Assembly (NCBI GenBank): GCA_951812505.1 | Contig: CATOSI010000001.1 | Span: forward strand, 750,012-814,011 | From: an uncultured Dehalococcoidia bacterium | GTDB lineage: Bacteria > Chloroflexota > Dehalococcoidia > Lucifugimonadales > UBA1123 | Direction: 5' to 3' | Length of the DNA: 64,000 nt | Shown here: in pieces, positions 8,219 to 18,040 of the stretch | How the letters are laid out: every line of letters begins with the position of its first letter | Numbering within the stretch: the stretch's first letter is position 1 | Program-made: the position numbers and the translations under genes | The notes under the pieces: model-generated | Seen by the model: the letters and a program-made list of their open reading frames with translations, nothing else | Told to the model about the DNA's origin: nothing | The model's database searches: none

Positions 8219-10060
8219 TCAGGCAGTTGGGGAATAAGATACCAGCTTGTCCAAACCCAGTTCTCCCAACTTCTCGCCTGGTATCGTGCCATCGGGGTTC
8301 CAGCCGCGGGCCTCGTAATAGGCGGCGACCATCATGTCGAGGTCAGAGGGGGAGAGTCCGACGCCTGCGGCTACGCCGTCTGGGAGTGGCTCGGTCAGCA
8401 GACGTGGGGGCAGGGTGTCGGCGGCGCGGGTCCAGCCTTCGCGTATGTTGAAGAGCTTCTTTAGATTATTGATGCGCTCTCCTGCTTTCTTGAGTTCGTC
8501 GGGGGTAACATCCCAGCCGGTGATCAGGTTGAGAGAAGTTGCGGACTCGGTCCAGAAGTCGTCGAATGCCTTTCGCAGGAACTTGCACCAGATGAGCGAG
8601 TCGAGGACGGCGGAGAAGTCCTCGCCATCGGCGGTGATGCGGCCGCGGAGGGCGTCGGCCTCAAGCCTGTTGACGCGGTTGGAGAAGTCGGCCTCGTAAG
8701 CGGAGGAGCGGTTGTGGCACGCGCCTCTCGTGCTCACGGCTAGAGCGAGGGCCATGGTCTTGAGACTCCTAGGTTCGTAGCCTGGCATCTCCAGACCCTT
8801 GACATGCATTGCCCAATCCTGGGAGTTTTGGCCCAGAGACTCGGACGCGATCCGTGAGCCTTCCGCAAGTAATTTGCCCAATTTATCGCTTTTGTTTGAT
8901 ATAGATTCGAGACAAGTAAGAATGACTGCCGCGTTTCCAAACTGGAGGTCGAGGCCACAAGTATCTTCAAGAGTGAGCAGTCCGCGCTCGAGGCACTCCA
9001 TTGCCCAGGCTATTGTGCCTCCGGCGCTGATGGTGTCCATGCCCATTTCATCGCAGTAGTGCGAGGAGCGGATGACTGTCTCGCGGTCTGACACGCCAAC
9101 CAGCGGACCGAGCGCGAATGCGCTCTCGTATTCCATACGCCCGGTGGACTTTTTCTTGCCGCTTCCGACAGTGAGAATCTTTTCGCAGCCAATGGTGCAA
9201 TTGGCGCAGTGAGCGTTCTTGACGAAATGACCCTCGTAAAGAGCCTCACCGCTTACCTCTTCAGAGAACTCGAACGTGGACTTCTGGAAGTTGCGTGTTG
9301 GCAGCGTTCCGAGCCTATCGAAGACGGCGACATTGGCCATCGTGCCAGTCGTGCGGTACTTTTCAGTCGCGGGGCCCAGGCTCCTGGTGGAGAGGTCTCG
9401 ACCGATTTTGTCGAGGGTGTGCCTGTCGAATACGGGAGCGGGGTTGCGTCCTCGGACTGCTATGGCCTTGAGATTCTTGGACCCCATCACCGCACCTGTT
9501 CCGGTGCGACCCGCCTGACGACCGCCGTCGTTGGCGATGCTGGCGAATCGCACTCCATTTTCACCGGCGGGGCCGATGCAGGCGACCCTGAAACGCCTCC
9601 CAAGCGAATTTCTGACAGCCTGTTCAGTATCGAAAGTGTTGAGTCCCGCGAGATGAGCACCGTCCAGGAACTCCACTTGGTCGTCTTCGATGGATAAGAG
9701 TGTCAGTCGTTCGCTCCGCCCCTTGATGACAAGTGCGTCGCAACCTGCCCGCTTTAGCTCGACGGCCAAGAAGCTGGAGCTGAGCGAGTCGCCTATCATG
9801 CCGGTGAGTGGCGACTTGGCGGCGACGGCGAACTTACTGGAGGTCGTCAGCCTGCTACCAACGAGTGGGCTGCACGCGAAAATGAGCGGGTTTCGGGGGC
9901 CGAGAGGATCGGCTCCCTGGGGGCAGTGCTTGAAGAGCAAGTAAGACGCGAGTCCTGTCCCACCGATGAAATCTCTCAGGACGCTATCGGGCAGGGATTC
10001 GCGGCACACGGTTTGCGTGGAGAGGTCCACTACCAGGGCGACTCCGTGGTAGCCGTACAT
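8219..10060 (-). CDS. aor: Aldehyde:ferredoxin oxidoreductase family (tungstopterin) enzyme
   Basis: 613 aa. The N-terminus MYGYHGVALVVDLSTQTV...IGGTGLASYLLF and the Cys motif CANCTIGCEK are typical of the AOR family. Confidence 0.9.
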   Translation of the reverse strand: MYGYHGVALVVDLSTQTVCRESLPDSVLRDFIGGTGLASYLLFKHCPQGADPLGPRNPLIFACSPLVGSRLTTSSKFAVAAKSPLTGMIGDSLSSSFLAVELKRAGCDALVIKGRSERLTLLSIEDDQVEFLDGAHLAGLNTFDTEQAVRNSLGRRFRVACIGPAGENGVRFASIANDGGRQAGRTGTGAVMGSKNLKAIAVRGRNPAPVFDRHTLDKIGRDLSTRSLGPATEKYRTTGTMANVAVFDRLGTLPTRNFQKSTFEFSEEVSGEALYEGHFVKNAHCANCTIGCEKILTVGSGKKKSTGRMEYESAFALGPLVGVSDRETVIRSSHYCDEMGMDTISAGGTIAWAMECLERGLLTLEDTCGLDLQFGNAAVILTCLESISNKSDKLGKLLAEGSRIASESLGQNSQDWAMHVKGLEMPGYEPRSLKTMALALAVSTRGACHNRSSAYEADFSNRVNRLEADALRGRITADGEDFSAVLDSLIWCKFLRKAFDDFWTESATSLNLITGWDVTPDELKKAGERINNLKKLFNIREGWTRAADTLPPRLLTEPLPDGVAAGVGLSPSDLDMMVAAYYEARGWNPDGTIPGEKLGELGLDKLVSYSPTA

Positions 10061-10096
10061 ATCAATTCTCGATTGTGAATTTTCAGTTTTCAGTTT

Positions 10097-10399
10097 CTAG
10101 CCCCCTGCCTGGCTGGAGAACAGGTATATGGTATCGCCCGGGGAGATGGGGATCGGGTCGTCGCTGATGAAAGTGAGTCCGTTGAGGTTGGCGGTATAGC
10201 TGGGAAGCAGGCGCGAGCCGTCGTCCTCGAGCGCGACGGACAGCAGGGACGGTAGGGCCGCAGCGAGTGCGGCAGCCAAGTCGGACGTGCTGGATTGAGG
10301 TGAAAGGGCGACCCGGACATCGCGGACCCCGGCAACGGTTCGGGCATATCCGAACAGTTCAACCTGAACTATCACTCTACTTTCCGTTTTAGTATTCAT
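10097..10399 (-). CDS. moaD: MoaD/ThiS-family sulfur-carrier protein
   Basis: 100 aa ending in ...SSQAGG (C-terminal Gly-Gly). Its ATGA overlaps the mobA stop, and it sits in a Moco biosynthesis neighbourhood. Confidence 0.7.
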   Translation of the reverse strand: MNTKTESRVIVQVELFGYARTVAGVRDVRVALSPQSSTSDLAAALAAALPSLLSVALEDDGSRLLPSYTANLNGLTFISDDPIPISPGDTIYLFSSQAGG

Positions 10400-11031
10400 T
10401 GTTCAAAATTAGCCAAAGCGATGCGGTTCGCTCTTTCCAAGTCCTGCTGGGTGTTGATGTTGAAGAAGCTGAGGAGGTCTGGGTCTATCTCACGCACTTG
10501 GTCTTCTGCGAAATAGCTGACGGTTACGTCATCGAAGAAGCCGGAAATCTTCAACTCGTTCGCGTTCAGTTTCTCGCGGATTGGACCTAGACATGGTTTT
10601 GAATAAGCGGCGTGAATTGGCTCAGGTCTTCCGTCCACGACGGGAACGACAGCGTTGTTGGAGCCCCGTTCGGCCAACAGGGCCTCGTATAGTTGGGGAC
10701 TGGGGAAGGGCATATCGCAGGCACAAAAGACAGCCCACTCAGTCGGTGCGGCGCACAGGCCGGTATAGATTCCTCCGAGCGAACCTTTGCCGGGATATTC
10801 GTCTATTACCGGAGTTGTGCATTCTGGCAGATCGAGTTCGGCGACGCGCTCGTCGTCGTTGGCGACAACAATGATGTTGGACGTTACAAGACCCATTGTG
10901 CGGATTACACGGCGGATTAAGGGTTCGCCCTGGAATGGCTCCAGCGCTTTGTTCCGACCCAGACGCCGACTCATGCCGCCCGCAAGTATGACAGCAGTGA
11001 CACCGAAAGTCCTGTTCACGCATTCGCTCAT
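10396..11031 (-). CDS. mobA: Molybdenum cofactor guanylyltransferase
   Basis: 211 aa. It carries the N-terminal nucleotide-binding motif AVILAGGMSRRLGRNKAL. Confidence 0.85.
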   Translation of the reverse strand: MSECVNRTFGVTAVILAGGMSRRLGRNKALEPFQGEPLIRRVIRTMGLVTSNIIVVANDDERVAELDLPECTTPVIDEYPGKGSLGGIYTGLCAAPTEWAVFCACDMPFPSPQLYEALLAERGSNNAVVPVVDGRPEPIHAAYSKPCLGPIREKLNANELKISGFFDDVTVSYFAEDQVREIDPDLLSFFNINTQQDLERANRIALANFEQ

Positions 11032-11050
11032 AGGTTCAGATTATCAGAAC

Positions 11051-13108
11051 TCAGTCTGTACCGCTACCCAGAACTGCTTTGAGAGTGCCCATTTCGCTCA
11101 CGTTGTAGCCACCGAGGGATTGCACTTCTGCCTGGAAGTCGGACGAGCGAATCATTTCAAGCATGGGCGCGAGAAGTTCGCTGTCGTAGAACTCGGCAGG
11201 AATCACGAGGTCGTACTGCTCCTCGAAAAGTGGGATGAAGTCGAGTCCCATAGCGCGCGCGGCGGGCAGGATGCCGAGTCCCACATCGGCCCGACCACCC
11301 TGCACTGCCGCCGCGACTGCGAGGTGAGTGTACTCTTCACGGTCGTAGCCGGATATGGATTCAGGCGAAACGCCAAGTTCGCGGAGCTTGAAGTCGAGCA
11401 AGACGCGAGTGCCGGCGCCACGCTGTCGGTTGACGAACCTGACTCCTGACCTTGCCACATCTGACAGGGAGGATATTCGCATGGGATTGCGCGGGGCGGT
11501 CATTAGTCCCTGTGTTCTTCCCGTGAGGTGGACCAAGGCGACCCGACTGCCCGGAATGTAGCGTTCTATGTAGGACACGTTGTACTCGCCGGTGTCTTCG
11601 TCCATGAGATGCGAGCCCGCGATGTGCGTTTCGCCTCTACGGACCGCGAGGAGGCCACCCAGACTGCCGACGTTTGCAGAGGCGAGAGTCGGATTGCCGG
11701 GATGCTCGCTGAGGCGGCTGGCGAGTAGATCGAGGATGAGGTCGTGACTGCCTATTGCGACTATAGTGCGTTGGATGTCCGGCATGGGCCTGAGAAGGCG
11801 TACATCAACTTCGCTGCCAGCCTCTATGCCCTCGGAGTTTCTGGGGACGCGGGCAATACCGTCGGCGCGGACAAGTGAGCTTATGACGCCCGCACCACGC
11901 TGGAGAGGCGTCGCGACAAGCCTTTCGCCGACCTGTCCGAGGCGGACACGCAGGAATTCGTCCTCGCCCATGGGGGAGTGGACGCGGCGGGTTATTGTGG
12001 CCGTAGCAACAGGATCTGGGTCGGCGGAGCGTCCCAGCCTGGATTCGACGATGGGCTGCACAAACAGTTCGCAGGCTATGACCGCCGATACAGGATAGCC
12101 CGGGATCCCAATGACGGGCTTGCTCTCGACAACTCCCAGTACGATTGGATGGCCGGGCCGGATGGCGACGCCGTGAACTACCAGATTACCTAGCTGCTCG
12201 ACGCAACCTGCGGTGTAGTCCTCAGTACCGGCTGAGGATCCTGCATTGACCAGAACGATGTCGTAGCGGCTGACGGCCTGGCTTATCGCATCGCTAAGCA
12301 GGTCGGGGTCGTCGGGGACAGGGGGGAGCCGGGTAGGGTCGGTGCCCCACTCTTCGAGCATGGAGGCGAGGACTATTGAGTTGAATTCCACTATGTCGCC
12401 TGGCTTGGGGTTCTCGGAAATGTCAACGAGCTCGGTTCCGGTGGGGATGATGGCAACAGTGGTCTTGGGTCGGACGGCGATTTCGGTGACTCCGGCGGCG
12501 GCGCAGGCTCCGAGGTCGGCGGGGCGCAGGCGGTGGTTCTGTGGGAGGAGAAGTTCGGATTCTACGATGTCCTCTCCGAGCGGCCTGACGTGGTTGTAGG
12601 GCGGGACTGGGGCCCTTATCTCGATGGCGGAATCGTCGAGACGGTTGACGACTTCTATCATTATTACGGCGTCGAACTCGTCGGGAACCGGATCGCCGGT
12701 GTCCACCCATTCGGCCTGTTCGGGGAGCGTGAGGGTGAGGGGCGAGGTCTCGGACGCGCCAACAGTGTCAGCGGCGCGCACTGCCACGCCGTCCATGGCT
12801 GAGGCGTCGTAGTGGGGGACTGAGCGGGCGGCCCAGACTGGCTCGGCGGTAATTCTGCCGAGGGCATCTTGGATGGAGATGCGCTCGGGTTCGGGTGTGG
12901 TGAGGGCGTCCGCGTGGCTCAGGGCGTCGGTGTAGCGGGCGGTGGCCTCGTGGAGGGGAATGTCCTCGAGGTAATAGCGGCGGGAGTGGGCGTGGGTCAT
13001 GGCGCGGTTTTCAATGCGGCTATCCAGCCTGAGGATTCGGGATTTTCGGGCAAGGGAACTCTCTCCAAGGAGGGTGAGTGCACGAGGTCGTGGCCCACTT
13101 TCGGACAC
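11051..13108 (-). CDS. MoeA-type molybdopterin molybdo/tungsto-transferase fused to a C-terminal periplasmic-binding-protein-like (anion-binding) domain
   Basis: 685 aa. The MoeA body includes PHYDASAMDGVAV, GEDI, and IPGYPVS in place of the usual GLPGNPVS. A PBP-like tail of about 230 aa follows (IGSHDL...GGLLAVRRGETHIAGSHL). An alternative start is the Met at 13000. Confidence 0.8.
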   Translation of the reverse strand: MSESGPRPRALTLLGESSLARKSRILRLDSRIENRAMTHAHSRRYYLEDIPLHEATARYTDALSHADALTTPEPERISIQDALGRITAEPVWAARSVPHYDASAMDGVAVRAADTVGASETSPLTLTLPEQAEWVDTGDPVPDEFDAVIMIEVVNRLDDSAIEIRAPVPPYNHVRPLGEDIVESELLLPQNHRLRPADLGACAAAGVTEIAVRPKTTVAIIPTGTELVDISENPKPGDIVEFNSIVLASMLEEWGTDPTRLPPVPDDPDLLSDAISQAVSRYDIVLVNAGSSAGTEDYTAGCVEQLGNLVVHGVAIRPGHPIVLGVVESKPVIGIPGYPVSAVIACELFVQPIVESRLGRSADPDPVATATITRRVHSPMGEDEFLRVRLGQVGERLVATPLQRGAGVISSLVRADGIARVPRNSEGIEAGSEVDVRLLRPMPDIQRTIVAIGSHDLILDLLASRLSEHPGNPTLASANVGSLGGLLAVRRGETHIAGSHLMDEDTGEYNVSYIERYIPGSRVALVHLTGRTQGLMTAPRNPMRISSLSDVARSGVRFVNRQRGAGTRVLLDFKLRELGVSPESISGYDREEYTHLAVAAAVQGGRADVGLGILPAARAMGLDFIPLFEEQYDLVIPAEFYDSELLAPMLEMIRSSDFQAEVQSLGGYNVSEMGTLKAVLGSGTD

Positions 13109-13124
13109 CGGCCAATCTCAACGT

Positions 13125-14357
13125 TTAGTATAGGTTAACAGACACTCTTTCTCCCGCATATAGCCCCCCGGAGTCTGCCGGCACTTGTATAAGCCCATGG
13201 GAATTGACCAGGGTGTAGATGAGGTTGGATTTGCCGAATACGGGGGTGGCGCGTGCTTGCCCGTCGGACTTGGACAAGGTTACTGGTACGTAGTCCTCTC
13301 TGCCTGATTCGGAGGGAATATCGGCGGTGAGGATGGCTTCAACCGTGTTTGTCGTGGGCGGGCTGCTTGCTCCGGAGAGTAGGCGGATGGTGGGGGCTAC
13401 CAACAGGTCGAAGACTACGAGCGCGGACACCGGATTGCCTGGGAGTCCGAATAGGGGCTTGCCGTCGGCGACCGCGACTATGGTGGGCTTGCCGGGCTTG
13501 ATTGAGATGCCGTGCAGCAGGACGCCGGGGTTGCCGAGTTGGTTGAATACGTCGGCGGTCATGTCGCGCGTACTGAGTGAGCTTCCGGCTGAGAAGACGA
13601 GGGCATCGGCTGACTGAATCCCTCTGCGGGCGGCCTGGAGTTGGGGTTCGTATTCGTCGGGCGCGAGTCCGATGACGACAGGCTCGGCTCCACACTGGGC
13701 AACGCGGGCCGCGACTGTGTAGGTGTTGATGTCGCGTATTTTGCCCGGAGGCGGTGATACGTCGGGCGGAACGAGTTCGTCGCCGGTGGAGACGATGGCG
13801 ACTCTGGGCCTTCTGAGGACCTCAATCTCCGTAATGCCGAGCGCCAACAGGCCGCCGATGTCCTGGGGGCGGATAGCGTGGCTTGGACTGAATAGCAGGT
13901 CTCCGGCTCGGACATCCTCGCCCTCGTTTACAACGTTTTCACCAGGGGCGACGGGACGAAGGATCTCGATGGAGGTATCGTCCGCGGGCTGGGTGCGCTC
14001 GATCATCACAACTGCGTCCGCGTTGCCGGCGAGCATTCCGCCCGTGTAGGCGACAGCGGCTTCCCCGACACTCAGTTCCACATCAGATTCGGCCCCTGTC
14101 GGAATGTCGGCGACTACTTCCATCATAGCGGGGAGGGTCTCGGACGCGCCGAAGGTGTCGCGGGCGCGCACTGAGAAGCCGTCCATGGAGGACTTAGGAA
14201 ACGAGGGCAGGTCTTCGGGGGAGCGTATTTGGTCGGCGATTACGCGGCCCAGCGCGGACGTAGTGGGTATGGTCTCACGCTCGCTTATGGCGAAGATGTG
14301 TGGGCGCAGGTCGTCGAAGGCCTGGGAGGGTGAACGAACGTTGAAAAATTCGGGCAT
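13125..14357 (-). CDS. moeA: Molybdopterin molybdenumtransferase
   Basis: 410 aa with canonical MoeA motifs: PSFPKSSMDGFSV, GEDV, TGDEL and GLPGNPVSA. Confidence 0.88.
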   Translation of the reverse strand: MPEFFNVRSPSQAFDDLRPHIFAISERETIPTTSALGRVIADQIRSPEDLPSFPKSSMDGFSVRARDTFGASETLPAMMEVVADIPTGAESDVELSVGEAAVAYTGGMLAGNADAVVMIERTQPADDTSIEILRPVAPGENVVNEGEDVRAGDLLFSPSHAIRPQDIGGLLALGITEIEVLRRPRVAIVSTGDELVPPDVSPPPGKIRDINTYTVAARVAQCGAEPVVIGLAPDEYEPQLQAARRGIQSADALVFSAGSSLSTRDMTADVFNQLGNPGVLLHGISIKPGKPTIVAVADGKPLFGLPGNPVSALVVFDLLVAPTIRLLSGASSPPTTNTVEAILTADIPSESGREDYVPVTLSKSDGQARATPVFGKSNLIYTLVNSHGLIQVPADSGGLYAGERVSVNLY

Positions 14358-14396
14358 TTTCTCTCCGTCCGTCGGTACAAGTATGGGTTTAACGGA

Positions 14397-14798
14397 TTAT
14401 ATGCTTTGGCGTATCTCAATGCCGTCGCTGGGAAAGCGTCGGTCGAATGTGTAGATGGCACTCGCGCCGTCGGTGCGGGCGGCGGCCCAAATCATGGCGT
14501 CGGCTATGGACACTCTTCCTGACGGGCGGCACATCTCCAAGCCCCGCAGAACGAGACTCTTATCCAGAGCGTAGGTAGATATGTTGTCTCTTTCTACCAA
14601 GTCTATGAGGCTGTCAACCACTTCCGAGCGGGACTTGCCATAGACTGACGTAAGCACAAAAGCGGTTTCCCCCAAGATGCCTTCCGTGATGGCGAGGTCA
14701 TCAACTTCTTCTATGATTTGGGTCGCTTGGTTCGACATTTCGGGCTGGTCGTTTGTTAAATAGCGAACGATCACGCTAGTGTTAAGGAAGACGCCCAT
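14397..14798 (-). CDS. vapC: PIN-domain toxin (VapC-like)
   Basis: The start ATG at 14798 (MGVFLNTSVIVRYL...) overlaps the antitoxin stop as ATGA. The C-terminus reads ...IYTFDRRF. The track ORF extends upstream into the antitoxin gene. Confidence 0.8.
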   Translation of the reverse strand: MGVFLNTSVIVRYLTNDQPEMSNQATQIIEEVDDLAITEGILGETAFVLTSVYGKSRSEVVDSLIDLVERDNISTYALDKSLVLRGLEMCRPSGRVSIADAMIWAAARTDGASAIYTFDRRFPSDGIEIRQSI

Positions 14799-15082
14799 CA
14801 GACCCGTTCCCTGAGCCCCATTTTCTCTTCGGCCCTTACTTTCCAAGCATATTCCCGCGCCTCGTCCCACTCCTTGCCGGAGGCGACTTTTTTCTTGAGG
14901 TTCTTGGAAAGGCGGCCCGCCAAGGGTTTGCCGTCGTCAGGGGGGTGGAAGTAGATTATGAGGTGGTCTTCTTCCAAGTATTGGTAGGCGCGCCAGCCGG
15001 GGCCTATGCCCAGCTTTTCGCGCAACTCTTCGCCTATGACTATCTCGCCCTTCTGTCCGACTTCTTCCACTTTGTAAGTCAT
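14798..15082 (-). CDS. AbrB/MazE(SpoVT)-fold antitoxin
   Basis: 94 aa. The swapped-hairpin style N-terminus reads MTYKVEEVGQKGEIVIGEELREKLGIGPG. It lies immediately upstream of the PIN gene and overlaps it. Confidence 0.72.
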   Translation of the reverse strand: MTYKVEEVGQKGEIVIGEELREKLGIGPGWRAYQYLEEDHLIIYFHPPDDGKPLAGRLSKNLKKKVASGKEWDEAREYAWKVRAEEKMGLRERV

Positions 15083-15109
15083 AGCTGAGCTCCTCGATTC
15101 TTGGAATGG

Positions 15110-16750
15110 TTACAGGCCCAGGATGTTGCCCTCGTCATCAACGTCTAGCTGGCGCGGTGACCCAGGAAGCCCGGGCATGGTGACTATGTTTCCGGCTATC
15201 GGATAGATGAACCCGGCGCCTATGGAGGCGCGAACGTCCGACAGCTGGAAGGTGTAGCCAGAGGGTCGCCCCTTGAGCGCGGGCCGGTGCGAGATGGAGA
15301 GGTGCGTCTTTGCCATGCAGATGGGCAGGTTGCCCCATCCGCGTTCCTGGAACTGCCTGAGCGTCCGACCCGCCGGTAGCGCCCAGCGGACATTCCCTGC
15401 GTTATATACGCGTTTAGAGAGAGCGACTACCTTTTCGCGAAGGGTATCGTCTATGGCGTAGGCGTAGTCTATTTCAGGGTGATCGTCCGCCTCGGTAGCC
15501 GCTATCACGGCTTCGGCGAGGTCCATACCGCCGGCGCCGCCCTCAGCGAATACCTTGCTTTCGACGGCAGCGAACGCCCCTGCTTCTTCCGATCCCTGCT
15601 TGAGGATGGCGGTCTCTTCGGCCGTGTCGGTCGGGAAGTGGTTAAGCGCGACAACGACCGGAAGGTTGAAAGACTTGATCATTCCGATGAGGTGAGTAAG
15701 GTTCTCCATGCCCTTCTGTACGGCCTCGGCGTTGGGCGTTCCGAGGTCGCGCACCCGGACGCCGCCGTGATATTTAACGGCACGCACCGAGGCGACTATG
15801 ACAGCGGCGTGCGGCTCCAGGCCATTGAAGCGCGCCTTGATGTGCATGAACTTCTCGAAGCCCAGATCGGCGCCGAAGCCGGCCTCGGAGAGAACGTAGT
15901 CCGCGTATCCGAGTGCGAGCCTGTCGCCAACGACGGACGAGCAGCCGTGCGCAATGTTCCCGAATGGTCCGGCGTGAACGATAACGGGCTGCCCCTCGGT
16001 GGTCTGGACGATGTTGGGCTGTATCGCGTAGCGGAGCAGCGACATCATCGAGCCCACGGCGCCTACATCTTCGGCGGTGATGGGCGTGCGGTCGGCGGCC
16101 CTTGTCTCGGTGGTGTAGCCGACGACGACGCGGCTCAGCCTGGCGCGGAGATCCTCAAGGTCTCTCGAAAGCGCCAAGATTGCCATGATCTCAGACGCCG
16201 TGACGATGTCGAAGCCGCTCTCGCGCACCGGGGCGTTGTTCGAGCCACCAATACCGGTCATAATCGCGCGCAGGGCACGGTCCTCGACATCGGTGACGCG
16301 CCTCCAGGATATTCCCTCCGGCCTGAAGCCGTCTATTCGGCCGCGCTGGGCTACGTTGTCCGTAAGAGCGGCGAGCAGGTTGTGGGCTGAACCGACGGCG
16401 TGGGCATCGCCCGTGAAGTGGATGTTGACTTCATCCTCCGGCTCAATCAGGCTGAGTCCGCCGCCTGTGCCGCCGCCCTTGATTCCGAAGATAGGACCGA
16501 GCGACGGCTCCCTGAGAGTCGCTACCACGTTCTTGCCGAGTCGTCCCATGGCCTGAGTCAGGCCAACGGTGGTTGTAGTCTTGCCTTCTCCGGCGGGCGT
16601 GGGCGTGATGCCGGTAACGACTACCATCTTGCCGCGCCTCCCGTCGTCACGGATAGCGTCGAGGCTTATCTTGGCCTTGTGGTGACCGTATGGGATGATC
16701 GCGTCGCGGCTAAGTCCCAATTCCTCTGCTACGTCCATGATCGGCCGCAT
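15110..16750 (-). CDS. fhs: Formate--tetrahydrofolate ligase
   Basis: 546 aa. It carries PTPAGEGKTTTTVGL and the C-terminus shows the typical PG(L/M)P motif. Confidence 0.93.
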   Translation of the reverse strand: MRPIMDVAEELGLSRDAIIPYGHHKAKISLDAIRDDGRRGKMVVVTGITPTPAGEGKTTTTVGLTQAMGRLGKNVVATLREPSLGPIFGIKGGGTGGGLSLIEPEDEVNIHFTGDAHAVGSAHNLLAALTDNVAQRGRIDGFRPEGISWRRVTDVEDRALRAIMTGIGGSNNAPVRESGFDIVTASEIMAILALSRDLEDLRARLSRVVVGYTTETRAADRTPITAEDVGAVGSMMSLLRYAIQPNIVQTTEGQPVIVHAGPFGNIAHGCSSVVGDRLALGYADYVLSEAGFGADLGFEKFMHIKARFNGLEPHAAVIVASVRAVKYHGGVRVRDLGTPNAEAVQKGMENLTHLIGMIKSFNLPVVVALNHFPTDTAEETAILKQGSEEAGAFAAVESKVFAEGGAGGMDLAEAVIAATEADDHPEIDYAYAIDDTLREKVVALSKRVYNAGNVRWALPAGRTLRQFQERGWGNLPICMAKTHLSISHRPALKGRPSGYTFQLSDVRASIGAGFIYPIAGNIVTMPGLPGSPRQLDVDDEGNILGL

Positions 16751-16947
16751 ACGAAAACCTCCGACAGGTGTTGCGCGACAGGACGCGCAGGCTTGCTAGT
16801 TGACGGGGCGAATTGTAGCATAAGCGCCTATCGAGGGAAACTTGGAAGGAAGCGCTCCCCGTGTTCCTGACAAGGAAGATTCGCGGGATTTTTCCGGGCC
16901 GGGTAAGCAGAACAGAGTCACATAGAAGTCATACGGGAGGGCGAGAT

Positions 16948-17970
16948 ATGAGAGGGGTCGTGTTCACGGGAGACCGTAATCTGGAAGTAAGAGAACTCGG
17001 GAAACCGGAGCCGGGACCCGGGGATGTCGTACTGAAGATGATGGCGTCCGGCCTCTGTGGAAGCGATCTGACGCGTTATCGGATGTCGTCCGACAGGCTG
17101 GGCCCTACGCTGTTCGTCGCAGGTCATGAGCCCTGCGGCGTGGTCGCCGAGGTCGGAGCGAACGTTGACTCGGTCAGAGTCGGCGACCGCGTGATGATGC
17201 ACCACTACACAGGATGCGACAAGTGCTCGATGTGCCGCATCGGATACACCCAGATGTGCCTGGTCCAAAACACTGTGTATGGCAGCGCCGCGGACGGCGG
17301 TCACCAGGACTATCTGCTCTGCCCGGCTTCGACCTGCGTGCCTATGCCGGACGCCCTTTCCTTCGAGGAAGGCGCGGCGGTGGCGTGCGGCACGGGGACT
17401 GCATTCCACGCCGTGAAACGGCTCGGCATTTCGGGCGTTGATACACTCGCCGTGTTCGGACAGGGGCCGGTGGGCGTGAGCGCGACGATGTTCGGCAAGG
17501 CGATGGGCGCGAGAGTCATAGCGGTGGACGTGATCCCCGAAAGACTCGCGCTGTCCGAGGATCTCGGCGCGGATGTTGTCATTGATGCCTCGAAAGACGA
17601 CGCAGAGACGATCATAAGGGAACTCACAGACGGCGAAGGTGCGGACGCGACGCTTGACGCGACCGGGATTCCGGACGTGCGTATAAACGCGGTTGACTCG
17701 GCACGGTATTGGGGAAGGGTGTGCTTCGTAGGCGAGGGTAACACGACGACTTTCGACGTAAGCGCTCAGATAATTCACAAGCAGCTTACGATTTATGGTT
17801 CGTGGACGTTCAGCCTTTCCGGTCTGGCTGAGGCCGCTAACTTCGTGGTCAACCGAAACGTACCGCTAAAGAATTTGATTACGCATCGCTATGACCTGGA
17901 CCAGGCGGACGCGGCGTACAAGCTGTTCGACACTGGCAGAACTGGCAAGCCGGTGTTCATTTGGGAGTAG
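16948..17970 (+). CDS. Zinc-dependent alcohol dehydrogenase (MDR family)
   Basis: It has GLCGSDL, the structural-Zn Cys cluster CDKCSMCRIGYTQMC, and the GxGxxG-like motif FGQGPVG. I prefer the start at MRGVVFTG (16948), which follows a GGGAGGG RBS. The track start is 16861. Confidence 0.85.
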   Translation: MRGVVFTGDRNLEVRELGKPEPGPGDVVLKMMASGLCGSDLTRYRMSSDRLGPTLFVAGHEPCGVVAEVGANVDSVRVGDRVMMHHYTGCDKCSMCRIGYTQMCLVQNTVYGSAADGGHQDYLLCPASTCVPMPDALSFEEGAAVACGTGTAFHAVKRLGISGVDTLAVFGQGPVGVSATMFGKAMGARVIAVDVIPERLALSEDLGADVVIDASKDDAETIIRELTDGEGADATLDATGIPDVRINAVDSARYWGRVCFVGEGNTTTFDVSAQIIHKQLTIYGSWTFSLSGLAEAANFVVNRNVPLKNLITHRYDLDQADAAYKLFDTGRTGKPVFIWE

Positions 17971-18040
17971 GCGGGCAAATGTCTTGAGTTGCGTATATAA
18001 TGGCGAGGTAGATACATAGGCGAGGTGAGAGGAGACACAG

